Of a stretch of DNA of 64,000 bases, positions 1-8,880 are shown piece after piece. Both the position numbers and the translations under genes were made by a program. The stretch is from Candidatus Nomurabacteria bacterium (lineage in GTDB: Bacteria > Patescibacteriota > Minisyncoccia > Phycocordibacterales > UBA918), in NCBI GenBank assembly GCA_020632155.1, contig JACKGE010000002.1:21293-85292 (forward strand), given 5' to 3'. Under the pieces are notes generated by a model. The model had not been told where the DNA came from, did not search any database, and saw only the letters and a program-made list of their open reading frames with translations. Each line of letters opens with the position of its first letter. Within the stretch, counting starts at the first letter, position 1.

Positions 1-663
1 CCACGTGCTCTTCCAACCGAGCGGAGCTTTCTTCCAAAGGGCAAAATCTGCTGGGTGTCGCTTCTCGGGGTTCACTTCAACGCGCGCACCAGCTTTCATC
101 TTCTCGATATCGACATTACCAAGCACACCGTACTTAGGAAACTTGGCGATATCAAAATACACCCCATCACTGGTCTCGTAGGCGTAGCCTTTCTGCATGA
201 GAGTCTCAACCAACTTTATTTGTTCACGAACGTAGTCGCTGGCACGGGTGTAGTAGGTGGCAGGCAGATTGCCAAAGGCGGCATTGTCCCGCTTGAATGA
301 CTCAATAAACGGTGTGGCAAACTCACGCATAGCGTCCATGGTGATTGGGTAGCCATCACGTTTCATTCCTTTCATCATCTTATCCTCGCCCGCGTCACCG
401 TCGTCAGAGAGGTGTCCAAAATCAGTAAAGTTAATGGTGAGTTTAACGGTGTACCCGTGGTAGAGAAAGAGACGTTGCAAAAGGTCGGGCAGTAGGTAAG
501 CGCGCAAATTGCCAATATGAATATGGTCGTAGACTGTTGGTCCGCAACTGTAGATGGTTACCTGACCTTTCTTAAAGGGTCTGAACACCTCTGCTTTTTT
601 GCTGGCAGAATTATAGAGTTTGATACTTTCGTTGGTAGTAGAAGTGCTAAAAAGGCTAAACAT
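1..663 (-). CDS. cysS: Cysteinyl-tRNA synthetase, N-terminal part; gene continues beyond the window start
   Basis: Manual reverse translation gives MFSLF...CGPTVYDHIHIGNLRAY...KMMKG...; class I HIGH-type motif and CysRS-like N-terminus. ATG at 663-661. Not in the ORF track because it runs off the window edge. Confidence 0.8.
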   Translation of the reverse strand, partial: MFSLFSTSTTNESIKLYNSASKKAEVFRPFKKGQVTIYSCGPTVYDHIHIGNLRAYLLPDLLQRLFLYHGYTVKLTINFTDFGHLSDDGDAGEDKMMKGMKRDGYPITMDAMREFATPFIESFKRDNAAFGNLPATYYTRASDYVREQIKLVETLMQKGYAYETSDGVYFDIAKFPKYGVLGNVDIEKMKAGARVEVNPEKRHPADFALWKKAPLGWKSTW

Positions 664-713
664 GGTGACAGTATACGGGAGAACGAATAAACTTAAAAGG
701 TAAAATCCAGTCA

Positions 714-950
714 CTAAGATGATCCTCACCTCGCCCTAGGGCAGGGGCGAGGCTAACGGATCGACGGGCTTTCAATACAGACTTGATTGAGGCGTAAACC
801 TTTTTGATCCTCACCATTTTCTAGGAAAAAGAAAATGGTTCGCGGATCGACCAAAAATATAGGACCTTTTGATTACTGATCGTTCAATAGTTGGACTAAG
901 TGATCCTCATCTCGCCCTAGGAGAGGGGCGAGACTAACGGATCGACCTAA
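714..950. repeat. Three tandem copies (721-765, 806-851, 902-946) of a ~45-nt motif: GATCCTCAYC / 7-bp stem / TAGG-containing loop / stem complement / CGGATCGAC
   Basis: Read directly from the sequence. Flanks are conserved. The inner 7-bp stem differs between copies (ctcgccc/gggcgag versus cattttc/gaaaatg) but stays complementary in each. Confidence 0.7.
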
Positions 951-981
951 TTCATAGTCGCCGATGGCTCGTTGAATTAGG

Positions 982-1947
982 TCACATCCAGCGCTTGTAC
1001 TTGAAAAACGCAAAAAAGCCAATCGATACCACCAGCATGATCCCAAGAATAATCCAAAAATCGTTTCGGTGACCAAGTATCGGTGTGGTGGTCGTGTTCA
1101 TGCCGAACATTGAAGTGAAAAGGGTGAGCGGGAAGGTAATAAAAGCCATAATGGTAAGTATCTTCATCACCTCGTTTTGTTTGGTCGATAAGAGGGCGTC
1201 GTTAGTGTCACGTAGGTCCTGCAAGGTACTTGAGAGAGCCAGCACCCGGCGAGACACTTGCTCGTACACTTGCTTAATCTCATGCACAGAGCCACTGTAG
1301 GTCTTACCAAACGAATGAACAACATCAGCCTCCAGAGTCTCTAGAACATCTTCGTGAGCGGTAATGCTATGTCGAAACGCAATTAGGCGCCGGCTCACCT
1401 TTGATATCTCAAAGAGCATCTCTTTTTCATTATCTTCAAAGATATTTTCTTCGATATCTTGCATCTTAGTCTCTAAGTAGTCGAGCTTTAGGTGCAGACC
1501 CTTGTAGATGTACAAAAGCATGACAATAAGTAGACGACCACCATTCATTTTAGCGGCAGTACCATTATCAAGAGTACTTAAAACCTCAAACTCTTTGGCA
1601 AAGCGATGTAAGACCTCTATTTCTTCAAAGCGAATGGTAATGAGGTGGCTCTTGGTGGCAATAAACTTAATTTCGTGGGGGTGGTTGATGTCGGTGCGTT
1701 TTACGACCGGAAAATCAAGGGTTATTTTGAACGCATTTTTAAGCGAAGTAGCTTCAGTATGTGGAGTCATACTGGTAAGATCGGTTGTGAATTCAGGTGG
1801 CAGGCTGCACTCAGCTGCGATCTCGCGTATTTCGTCCGGAGTGGGATTAAGGACATCAAGCCATACCACCTGCTTCTGCTTGTAACGTTCTACCATCACT
1901 ATGTATGATAGCATGCTGTTTTTTGGCAACGGCTGGCACGTGTGCAA
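982..1947 (-). CDS. corA: CorA-family Mg2+/Co2+ transporter
   Basis: C-terminal GMN motif (MFGMN) followed by two TM helices, at a CorA-like length. An alternative start at M12 (about 1914) would avoid overlap with the divergent ctpA. Confidence 0.8.
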   Translation of the reverse strand: MHTCQPLPKNSMLSYIVMVERYKQKQVVWLDVLNPTPDEIREIAAECSLPPEFTTDLTSMTPHTEATSLKNAFKITLDFPVVKRTDINHPHEIKFIATKSHLITIRFEEIEVLHRFAKEFEVLSTLDNGTAAKMNGGRLLIVMLLYIYKGLHLKLDYLETKMQDIEENIFEDNEKEMLFEISKVSRRLIAFRHSITAHEDVLETLEADVVHSFGKTYSGSVHEIKQVYEQVSRRVLALSSTLQDLRDTNDALLSTKQNEVMKILTIMAFITFPLTLFTSMFGMNTTTTPILGHRNDFWIILGIMLVVSIGFFAFFKYKRWM

Positions 1948-3290
1948 TAATACGTGTCATGAATACCCATGCTCAGACTGATACAAGGGGAGATAGCACA
2001 CACCCACGAAAGACCGAACGGCGCGGCAACTTGTTACTTGGAGTCGGGTTGGCGTTAGTGTTTGCTTCGGCAGCATTTTTCTCCGGCCTTAGTATCGGTA
2101 GTGGTGTAGCACATACCGATGCTGCTAACGAAGCCAACATCTTTAGTTTTTGGAAGAATGACGCTCCAGCTAGCGAGGTGGACCTTGGTGAATTTTGGCG
2201 CGTGTGGCACCTAATGGACGACAAGTTTGTTTTTTCATCTTCTACAGCTGCAATCTCAGACGAGGACCGCATCTATGGTGCCATCAAGGGTATGGTTGAG
2301 AGCTATGGTGACCCGTACACCGTGTTCCTAGAGCCGCAGGAAGCATCGCAGTTTGAGGAAGATATCTCGGGTAACTTCGGCGGCGTCGGTATGGAAGTTG
2401 GGATGCGTGATGGACTCGTGACGGTGGTAGCGCCACTTCCAGATACTCCGGCTGAAAAAGCAGGTATGGTGGCTGGTGACGTGGTTCTTGAGATCGATGG
2501 AGTGTCTACCGACAGCATGAGTGTTGACGAAGCCGTCGATCGTATCCGCGGTGAAGTTGGTACTGACGTGGTACTGACAATATATCGCGAGGGAGAGTTC
2601 GAATTCAAAGAGATCACTATTACACGTGGCAACATCACTATTCCGACTGTAGAGACTGAGACCGCGGGTGATGTGTTCATCATTAAGCTCTATAGCTTCA
2701 ACGCCATTTCTGAAATGAAGATGCAAGAGGCACTCCGTAGTTATATCCAAAGTGGCAAACATAAGTTAGTCCTTGATCTACGGGGTAATCCGGGAGGATT
2801 CCTTCAGAGCGCCGTAGCTATTGGCAGTTACTTCTTGCCAACCGGTAAAGTTGTCGTTCGCGAACACTTTGGTGGCGATACCGACGATCAGGTGTACCGT
2901 AGCCAAGGAAAAGTGGTTGATGAGTTTAGTCCGGAAAACTTCGTGGTGCTCTTTGATGGGGGCAGTGCCTCTGCTTCCGAGATCTTGGCTGGTGCGCTTA
3001 AGGAGCATGGTGTCGCAACTGCTATCGGTGATACGTCCTTTGGTAAAGGGTCAGTTCAAGAGTTGGTCTCACTTGGAGACGCCTCACTTAAAGTTACGGT
3101 TGCGCGCTGGCTAACTCCTAACGGAAACTCGCTTTCCGATGGTGGTCTAGAGCCGGATATCACCATCAAGCGTACGCCGCAGCAGGTGGTGGCCGGTGAG
3201 GATCCACAGCAGGAAGCCGCACTGCGCTGGCTGTCCGGAAAGCGTGACCTTCAGGAATACTTTGCATCACAGGAAACGGTAGCTGAGTAG
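1905..3290 (+). CDS. ctpA: Carboxyl-terminal processing protease (S41 peptidase) with a PDZ domain
   Basis: PDZ-like GMEVGMRDGLVTVVAPLPDTPAEKAGMVAGDVVLEIDG, then LDLRGNPGG and SASASEILAGAL S41 signatures. The start could instead be at 1959 (MNTHAQ). Confidence 0.8.
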   Translation: MIACCFLATAGTCAIIRVMNTHAQTDTRGDSTHPRKTERRGNLLLGVGLALVFASAAFFSGLSIGSGVAHTDAANEANIFSFWKNDAPASEVDLGEFWRVWHLMDDKFVFSSSTAAISDEDRIYGAIKGMVESYGDPYTVFLEPQEASQFEEDISGNFGGVGMEVGMRDGLVTVVAPLPDTPAEKAGMVAGDVVLEIDGVSTDSMSVDEAVDRIRGEVGTDVVLTIYREGEFEFKEITITRGNITIPTVETETAGDVFIIKLYSFNAISEMKMQEALRSYIQSGKHKLVLDLRGNPGGFLQSAVAIGSYFLPTGKVVVREHFGGDTDDQVYRSQGKVVDEFSPENFVVLFDGGSASASEILAGALKEHGVATAIGDTSFGKGSVQELVSLGDASLKVTVARWLTPNGNSLSDGGLEPDITIKRTPQQVVAGEDPQQEAALRWLSGKRDLQEYFASQETVAE

Positions 3291-3366
3291 TTTAGCCGTA
3301 CCCTAGAATGTGTTATAGTTGCCCCCACAAAAGCTTATTTTCTGTAATTGAACGAAACCAAGTCGT

Positions 3367-3807
3367 ATGAAAGTCATTTTACTCAAAGACGTCGCTAAGA
3401 TTGGAAGGCGCCATGAGGTTGCGGAAGTGCCCGACGGCTACGCGCTTAACATGTTGATTCCAAAAGGGCTTGCAAAGGCGGGAACACCGGAGAATATCAA
3501 AAAGCTGACTTCAGAGAAACAAGTCTCAGATCAGCAACAAGCAGCTGACGATAAAGCGTTTGCTGATGCAGTTTCGTCACTTAAGGTCAGCGGGCTATCA
3601 GTGCGTTTGCCGGCCAATGAGCAAGGCCATCTTTTTGCTGCCCTTAAAGCAGAACAGGTGAAGGCCGCTGCTGCTGATGCTGGCGTCATGTTAGAAATAT
3701 CATGGGTCACTTTTGCAGAGCCAATCAAAGTGACTGGAGAACACAATCTCACGCTAGAGGCTGGTGGGAATAAAGAAGAGGTAACAGTTACCGTTGTAGC
3801 AGCATAA
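3367..3807 (+). CDS. rplI: 50S ribosomal protein L9
   Basis: N-terminus MKVILLKDVAKIGRRHEVAEVPDGYALNMLIPKGLA is typical of L9. Confidence 0.85.
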   Translation: MKVILLKDVAKIGRRHEVAEVPDGYALNMLIPKGLAKAGTPENIKKLTSEKQVSDQQQAADDKAFADAVSSLKVSGLSVRLPANEQGHLFAALKAEQVKAAAADAGVMLEISWVTFAEPIKVTGEHNLTLEAGGNKEEVTVTVVAA

Positions 3808-3811
3808 CACT

Positions 3812-4528
3812 ATGGCTAGTTATCGTTCCATTATCATACTGCTTTTAGTCACTGCCGGTCTTTTTGCTGGTCTTGCGTGGTGGCTTGAAGTGCGTGATAC
3901 CACCCCAGAGCTTCTTCTTACGGACACTACTACTGGTGAGCAAAAGACCTTAGAGGCACCACTTACCCCCGAAGAACACGACGTTATGAATCCAGTAATC
4001 ACTAATGATATGAATCCAACAGCAGTCATCACTACCAACAAAGGCGTTATTGAGCTCGAGCTTTTTGCTGACGTAATGCCGGTCACTACTGGCAACTTTA
4101 TTAAGCTGGCCGAAGAAGGGTATTACGACAACACTAAGTTCCATCGCATTATTGATAACTTCATGATTCAAGGTGGTGATCCAAACACCAAAACTGCCAA
4201 CGAAGCATCGTACGGTACCGGTGGTCCAGGGTACACCATTGAAGACGAGTTTGTGGCCGGAGATGAGCTTTCAAACACACGTGGCACTATTGCTATGGCC
4301 AACACTGGCCAGCCAAACTCAGGCGGTAGTCAGTTCTTTATCAACTTAGTTGATAATACAGGCCTCGACTTTGACAAGCCACCATTTACCTCAAAACATC
4401 CAGTCTTTGGCCGCGTCACCTCTGGCATGGATGTCGTTGATGCCATTGCCAAGGTAGATACGAAAGAGCGTGATATTCCGGTTGAGCCAGTCGTCATTGA
4501 ATCGGTTCGCATTGAAACTAAGGGGTAA
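3812..4528 (+). CDS. Cyclophilin-type peptidyl-prolyl cis-trans isomerase with an N-terminal TM anchor
   Basis: FHRIIDNFMIQGGDP ... SGGSQFFINL cyclophilin motifs; hydrophobic N-terminus. Confidence 0.85.
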   Translation: MASYRSIIILLLVTAGLFAGLAWWLEVRDTTPELLLTDTTTGEQKTLEAPLTPEEHDVMNPVITNDMNPTAVITTNKGVIELELFADVMPVTTGNFIKLAEEGYYDNTKFHRIIDNFMIQGGDPNTKTANEASYGTGGPGYTIEDEFVAGDELSNTRGTIAMANTGQPNSGGSQFFINLVDNTGLDFDKPPFTSKHPVFGRVTSGMDVVDAIAKVDTKERDIPVEPVVIESVRIETKG

Positions 4529-4551
4529 GAAATGGGAGACACCGCACAAAC

Positions 4552-4579
4552 AAAAAACCATCCTAAAGGATGGTTTTTT
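4552..4579. terminator. Bidirectional intrinsic terminator between the convergent PPIase and rpmA
   Basis: aaaaaaccatcc-taaa-ggatggtttttt: a perfect hairpin flanked by A and T runs. Confidence 0.75.
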
Positions 4580-4595
4580 GTTTGTGTTGCTGGAG

Positions 4596-4871
4596 TTAAG
4601 CGAGGACGTCCACGGCTTTTTTGGTCACGGTGCGACCATCAAAACGCTTTTTACGGATCTCTTTGAACATGACCTTGCCGGCCTGTAGGGCAAAGAGGGT
4701 GTGGTCCTTACCGATGCCGACATTCTTGCCTGCTTCGATCTTGGTGCCGCGCTGACGCACAATAACCTCACCAGTGGCAACTGCTTGGCCATCGGCTCGT
4801 TTGACTCCGAGGAATTTTGGCTGCGAATCACGCAGGTTTTTGGCGGTACCGCCAGCTCGTTTGGTTGACAT
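4596..4871 (-). CDS. rpmA: 50S ribosomal protein L27
   Basis: [25 protein letters not shown]... is the canonical L27 N-terminus. Confidence 0.9.
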   Translation of the reverse strand: MSTKRAGGTAKNLRDSQPKFLGVKRADGQAVATGEVIVRQRGTKIEAGKNVGIGKDHTLFALQAGKVMFKEIRKKRFDGRTVTKKAVDVLA

Positions 4872-4893
4872 ACGGTATACTGTTTAAAACAAA

Positions 4894-5286
4894 GTGCCCG
4901 TGAGTATACAAGAAGTTCGTGAAAAAATCAATACAATTATGGCTAATGATGCCGTATTCACTGTTTTGCTGCTGTTTATGGTCTCGTTTGCTTCTTTTGG
5001 CCTTGGTAGGGCCTCTCTGGCGCCACTACAGCAGGTTGCAGCACCAGCAGCTTTACCAGCAGTGCAGCAGTTTTCTGGTGCCCTGCCTGAGCCGTCAAGC
5101 AGCACACAAATTGAGGTGGCTACAACAGCGCAGCAATACGTAGCCTCTAAAAATAGTAACAAATACCATTTGCCATGGTGTAGTGGCGCCAAGCGAATAG
5201 CTGAGGAGAATAAGATTTGGTTTTCAACTAAAGAGGAGGCAGAAGCGGCGGGGTATACACCAGCTGCTAACTGCAAAGGCATCTAA
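4894..5286 (+). CDS. Small membrane-anchored protein with a C-terminal Ada-like (metal-binding-like) motif
   Basis: One TM helix (FTVLLLFMVSFASFGL). The C-terminus YHLPWCSGAKRI...WFSTKEEAEAAGYTPAANCKG resembles the Ada N-terminal zinc-binding domain but has only 2 Cys. Preferred over the overlapping minus-strand ORF on composition. Confidence 0.4.
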   Translation: MPVSIQEVREKINTIMANDAVFTVLLLFMVSFASFGLGRASLAPLQQVAAPAALPAVQQFSGALPEPSSSTQIEVATTAQQYVASKNSNKYHLPWCSGAKRIAEENKIWFSTKEEAEAAGYTPAANCKGI

Positions 5287-5406
5287 GGCGAATGCTTGGC
5301 GAACTACTTTGTTGCCCTTCGGTGAAGTGACTGTCACCATAGGTTTACTATGGCTCCAGATCACTTCCCTTGGTCGCCTCGTATTTCATCCAAGCATTCG
5401 CCTTAG
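5284..5406. repeat. 123-bp element bounded by a perfect 17-bp inverted repeat (ctaaggcgaatgcttgg / ccaagcattcgccttag)
   Basis: Direct sequence comparison; the arms sit at 5284-5300 and 5390-5406. The stop codon of the upstream gene lies inside the left arm. Confidence 0.7.
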
Positions 5407-5472
5407 TTAAATTGTATGACAAAGAAAAACAGCAGCCGTTTGCTACTGTTCTTCTTTACAGTATCGCAGTTA

Positions 5473-5895
5473 CTACTCTACCCCTTGCGGTAGGCTTTGA
5501 CAAGCTACACCATCGCCATCGCGGTCAAGACCGTGGCGGTCTGGATTATCGGCCGTATGGCAGGTGTCGTAGACTTCTTGCGCCTCACTCTGGGTAGAGA
5601 AGTCATCACAGTTGTAAACATTCTCCTCACACATGGCGCCGTATATAGCGTTACCGTCTTCGTCACGTTGAATGACCGTATTTTCAAACGACTTTTGTTC
5701 CCATGCTTTACTAAGGTCCACATCAGTATTTGCGGCTTCAAGCCCAAGTGCTATTAAGAGTACTGCACCAATGCCGAGCATCCACATTCTCGTTTTCTCA
5801 AAGAAAAAACCGATAACCGCCACCAGTACCAAGAGTCCAATGATTATGATAAGTCGACTCTTCTTACTCCGGCGCCAATTTGCTACTTCTTTCAT
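5473..5895 (-). CDS. Membrane-anchored protein with a C-terminal Excalibur-like calcium-binding motif
   Basis: N-terminal TM helix; C-terminus [10 protein letters not shown] matches the Excalibur DxDxDGxxCE signature. Confidence 0.5.
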   Translation of the reverse strand: MKEVANWRRSKKSRLIIIIGLLVLVAVIGFFFEKTRMWMLGIGAVLLIALGLEAANTDVDLSKAWEQKSFENTVIQRDEDGNAIYGAMCEENVYNCDDFSTQSEAQEVYDTCHTADNPDRHGLDRDGDGVACQSLPQGVE

Positions 5896-6180
5896 ATGGT
5901 CACTATTGTATATAAAAAATGCCCCAGCGCGAAGCGGGGCGGGTGGGGGGAGCTGAGGTCAGACTTAGGTCGACTAAATCTAAGCCGTTGAGGTCCGCTC
6001 TCTTACAAGGCGTTCAAGCAAGCAACGTAGCCGGCGGCGTACGTTCGGTCGCAAACTCAACAAATGAGTCTTGGCCTCCAATCTTTAACTTACCAAGCAC
6101 ACATTTGACTACAGCTCCCCACAGCAACCATAGCAAAAACTTGGACAGAAGAAAAGACTGGCGTATGCTACGATACAACC

Positions 6181-6777
6181 ATGTTAGTTTTAGATATTGA
6201 GGCTTCCGGTACTGAGTACCACAAACATTCCATCGTTTCTATTGGTGCGTTTGACTTTGCTAATCCGGATAATCGTTTTTACGCTGAGTGCAAAATATGG
6301 GATGGGGCGCACATTATGGACGGTGCGCTAGCGGTAAACGGGTTTACCGAAGCTGAAATCACAGACCCGAGTAAAAAGAGCGAAGCGGAGATTGTAACCG
6401 AGTTCTTAGAGTGGAGCCAGCACCTAGCCGACCGCACCATTCTCGGACAGAATCCGTCGTTTGATAGGGACTTTCTTCGGGTAGCGTCTGAACGGGCCGG
6501 CCTTTCGTGGGACTTGGCCTACCGCACTATCGACACTCATAGTCTGTGTTGGATGCATATAGTAAAGCAGGGAGGAGAGCCGCCAATAGATCAGCAGCAC
6601 CGCCGCTCAGCGCTTGATCTTGATGCCGTACTGAACTACTGCGGGATTCCTGAAGAGCCGCAGCCACACAATGCGCTTACCGGCGCCCTTAGTCATGGGG
6701 AAGTAGCGTCACGCCTTCTCTACGATAAAAAACTACTGCCAGAATTTGAGCAGTATCCTATTCCGTGGCTAGGTTAG
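6181..6777 (+). CDS. DEDDh-family 3'-5' exonuclease (DnaQ/RNase T-like)
   Basis: Exo I LVLDIEASG, Exo II FDRDFL, Exo III HNALTGALSHGE. Confidence 0.7.
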   Translation: MLVLDIEASGTEYHKHSIVSIGAFDFANPDNRFYAECKIWDGAHIMDGALAVNGFTEAEITDPSKKSEAEIVTEFLEWSQHLADRTILGQNPSFDRDFLRVASERAGLSWDLAYRTIDTHSLCWMHIVKQGGEPPIDQQHRRSALDLDAVLNYCGIPEEPQPHNALTGALSHGEVASRLLYDKKLLPEFEQYPIPWLG

Positions 6778-7155
6778 TGCAATCACTGCGACCACGAATA
6801 CTAGAAAGAAGCCAGCCGTTAGTACCGCGCCTGCGGCCATGTCTTTGCTCCGGCCGATTTTGTCATGCAGCTCAGGGTGCAGATGGTCGAGTGCTGACTC
6901 AAACGATGTGTTTTGTAGTTCGGTGATAAGAATGAGTGCCCACGCAAGTCCAAGGAACAACAACTCTGTCTGCGTTAGTGGCCAGAACAAAAAGCCGATT
7001 GCGGTGACTACAATACCACCGGCATAAAATTGCCACTGGTAACTAAAATCAGTACATAGTGCAAAGTAGATACCTTTAAAGGCGTACATAAAACGTAAGG
7101 CATGTCTTTTTATCATATCTAAAAGTGTACCACTTGTTTGTAACTCGCGACTCAC
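6769..7155 (-). CDS. dgkA: Diacylglycerol/undecaprenol kinase (DgkA family)
   Basis: About 120 aa with 3 TM helices; ITELQNTSFESALDHLHPELH...SKDMAAGAVL matches DgkA conserved motifs. Confidence 0.75.
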   Translation of the reverse strand: MSRELQTSGTLLDMIKRHALRFMYAFKGIYFALCTDFSYQWQFYAGGIVVTAIGFLFWPLTQTELLFLGLAWALILITELQNTSFESALDHLHPELHDKIGRSKDMAAGAVLTAGFFLVFVVAVIALT

Positions 7156-7182
7156 ACGTCTGTGTGGTGCTAAAATGAGCGC

Positions 7183-7935
7183 ATGGTACGTATATTTGGT
7201 AAAGGAAAAAGTTCTTCAAAAAAAGCTCTTACAAACTCTAAAGGTCCAGTTGAAAATTGTCGGGTCATGACCGATCTTCTCGACCCTGATGGCGACGCTA
7301 TCGAAAGCTGGCGAGTCTTTCGCATTATGTCCGAGTTTGTGACCGGCTTTGAGATGCTCCGCAAACACGGCCTTGCCGCATCTATCTTTGGTAGCGCCCG
7401 CACACAGGTAGGGGACCCATACTACAAAGCGGCTGAGGAACTGGCAGCTAAGCTCGCCAAAAAAGGTTTTTCAGTTATTACTGGCGGCGGTCCGGGTATT
7501 ATGGAAGCGGGTAACGTCGGGGCCTTTAAGGTGGGCGGTAAGTCCATTGGCCTTAACATCAGCTTGCCGATGGAACAAAAGCTCAATCCGTATGTGACCG
7601 AGACCGAACGCTTTGAGTTTTTCTTTTCCCGCAAGGTGATGCTGGCGTTTGCTTCTGAGGTCTATATTTATTTTCCCGGTGGTTTTGGCACCATGGATGA
7701 GTTTTTTGAGATACTCACACTCGTACAAACCAAAAAGATCGAACGTATTCCAATTGTGCTCTACGGCAAAGAGTTTTGGGAGCCACTAGTGAAATGGTTT
7801 GAAAAAGACCTTCTCAAAAAGCATAAGACCATCAGCAAAGAAGACCTTGACCTCTTTAAGGTTGTAGACTCTGTTGAGGAAGCGTACAAATACATTGTGA
7901 AGGTAACAAACGGCAAACCGACTTCACAAGTATAA
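7183..7935 (+). CDS. LOG-family protein (TIGR00730, cytokinin riboside 5'-monophosphate phosphoribohydrolase-like)
   Basis: GGGPGIMEAGNVGA and PGGFGTMDEFFE LOG motifs. The start may be at 7267 (MTDLL). Confidence 0.8.
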   Translation: MVRIFGKGKSSSKKALTNSKGPVENCRVMTDLLDPDGDAIESWRVFRIMSEFVTGFEMLRKHGLAASIFGSARTQVGDPYYKAAEELAAKLAKKGFSVITGGGPGIMEAGNVGAFKVGGKSIGLNISLPMEQKLNPYVTETERFEFFFSRKVMLAFASEVYIYFPGGFGTMDEFFEILTLVQTKKIERIPIVLYGKEFWEPLVKWFEKDLLKKHKTISKEDLDLFKVVDSVEEAYKYIVKVTNGKPTSQV

Positions 7936-7940
7936 GTACC

Positions 7941-8876
7941 ATGCAAAAACCGCTAGAGATCACTGAGAGTTTTGATATAGATTCCATCCCAAACCTTGAT
8001 GTGGTGGTCTTGGCAGCACTTGAGCTACTCCAAACCACTGCCTTGCCAGCGCTGAACATTGATGCGTATAAAAAACCACTTGTCATCGGTAGCGGCAATG
8101 CGCTTCAAACGGGAAAGATACTGTTTTCGAGCACTCCAGCGCGCTTTGCTGATGAATCTACCTACCACGAGGCTTTGGCGCAGTACGATGACATCGACAC
8201 GGTGGTGGTGGTCTCTGCCTCTGGTAGTAAACATGCCAGTGGTATTGCTAAAACGGCCAAAGACAGTGGTAAAGACGTAGTCCTCCTTACCAACAATCCT
8301 GCTGCGCCAGCAGCAGAGTTTGTGGCGGCCGAACACATACATGTCTTTCCGAAGAATCGTGAACCGTACACCTACAACACCTCTACCTACCTCAGTATGA
8401 TTTTTGCAGAAACGGGGGAGAGTCCAGCCACAATCCTGAGCTACATCATGCAATCGGTAGAGCCTCAGGCGCTCCGTAACTTTGCCGACTACCGTTCGTA
8501 TGTATTTATACTGCCGGCTCGTTTTGAGGCTGCTACTGCCATGGTCCGTACCAAGTTTGATGAGCTTTTTGGCCCGTATGTACAAGGGCGCGTGTTCACC
8601 GACGAAGAGATAAAACACGCTAAGACGGTAGTTACCTCAGGTGATGAGCTATTCATTGCTCTCGGCAGCGAAAACAAACACTACGGTGTAGGAAAGAACC
8701 GTATCTGTTTAGAGTTACCGGCGGGGGCTGGTTACGCTACCGTCATTGCTGCCTCATATTATCTCGTTGGCCTTATTCAAAAAGCTCACCCACCATTCTT
8801 TAAAGACAATATCGAGGCTTATACCCAGACTGCCAGCGAAATATTCGGACACGAGATAAAACCAATTGTAGAATAG
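7941..8876 (+). CDS. SIS-domain-like protein (sugar-phosphate isomerase/etherase fold, MurQ/GlmS-like), function unknown
   Basis: VVVSASGSKHASGIAKTAKDSGKDVVLLTNNP resembles the SIS motif (e.g. the MurQ pattern ASGRTP...V.VS.NP). Confidence 0.4.
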   Translation: MQKPLEITESFDIDSIPNLDVVVLAALELLQTTALPALNIDAYKKPLVIGSGNALQTGKILFSSTPARFADESTYHEALAQYDDIDTVVVVSASGSKHASGIAKTAKDSGKDVVLLTNNPAAPAAEFVAAEHIHVFPKNREPYTYNTSTYLSMIFAETGESPATILSYIMQSVEPQALRNFADYRSYVFILPARFEAATAMVRTKFDELFGPYVQGRVFTDEEIKHAKTVVTSGDELFIALGSENKHYGVGKNRICLELPAGAGYATVIAASYYLVGLIQKAHPPFFKDNIEAYTQTASEIFGHEIKPIVE

Positions 8877-8880
8877 AGTT

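Noticed and set aside
55-300. 81-aa plus-strand ORF
   Set aside because: Lies entirely inside, and antisense to, the clearly recognisable cysS N-terminal coding region on the minus strand; no motif.
714-950. CRISPR array interpretation of the three tandem repeats
   Set aside because: In CRISPR arrays the repeats are identical and the spacers vary. Here the flanks are conserved and the central stem varies with compensatory changes. There are only three units with unequal spacing (85 and 96 bp) and no cas genes.
4884-5282. 132-aa minus-strand ORF overlapping the 4894-5286 plus-strand ORF
   Set aside because: Cys-rich, low-complexity translation with no TM helix or domain logic. The plus-strand frame gives a coherent TM plus C-terminal domain protein and sits divergently from rpmA with a plausible promoter gap.
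5897-6180. Possible tRNA or ncRNA in the 284-bp divergent intergenic region
   Set aside because: Contains a GC hairpin (gccccagcgcgaagcggggc) and a cttag/ctaag stem. No cloverleaf-compatible arrangement and no T-loop consensus on either strand. Most simply read as divergent promoter space.
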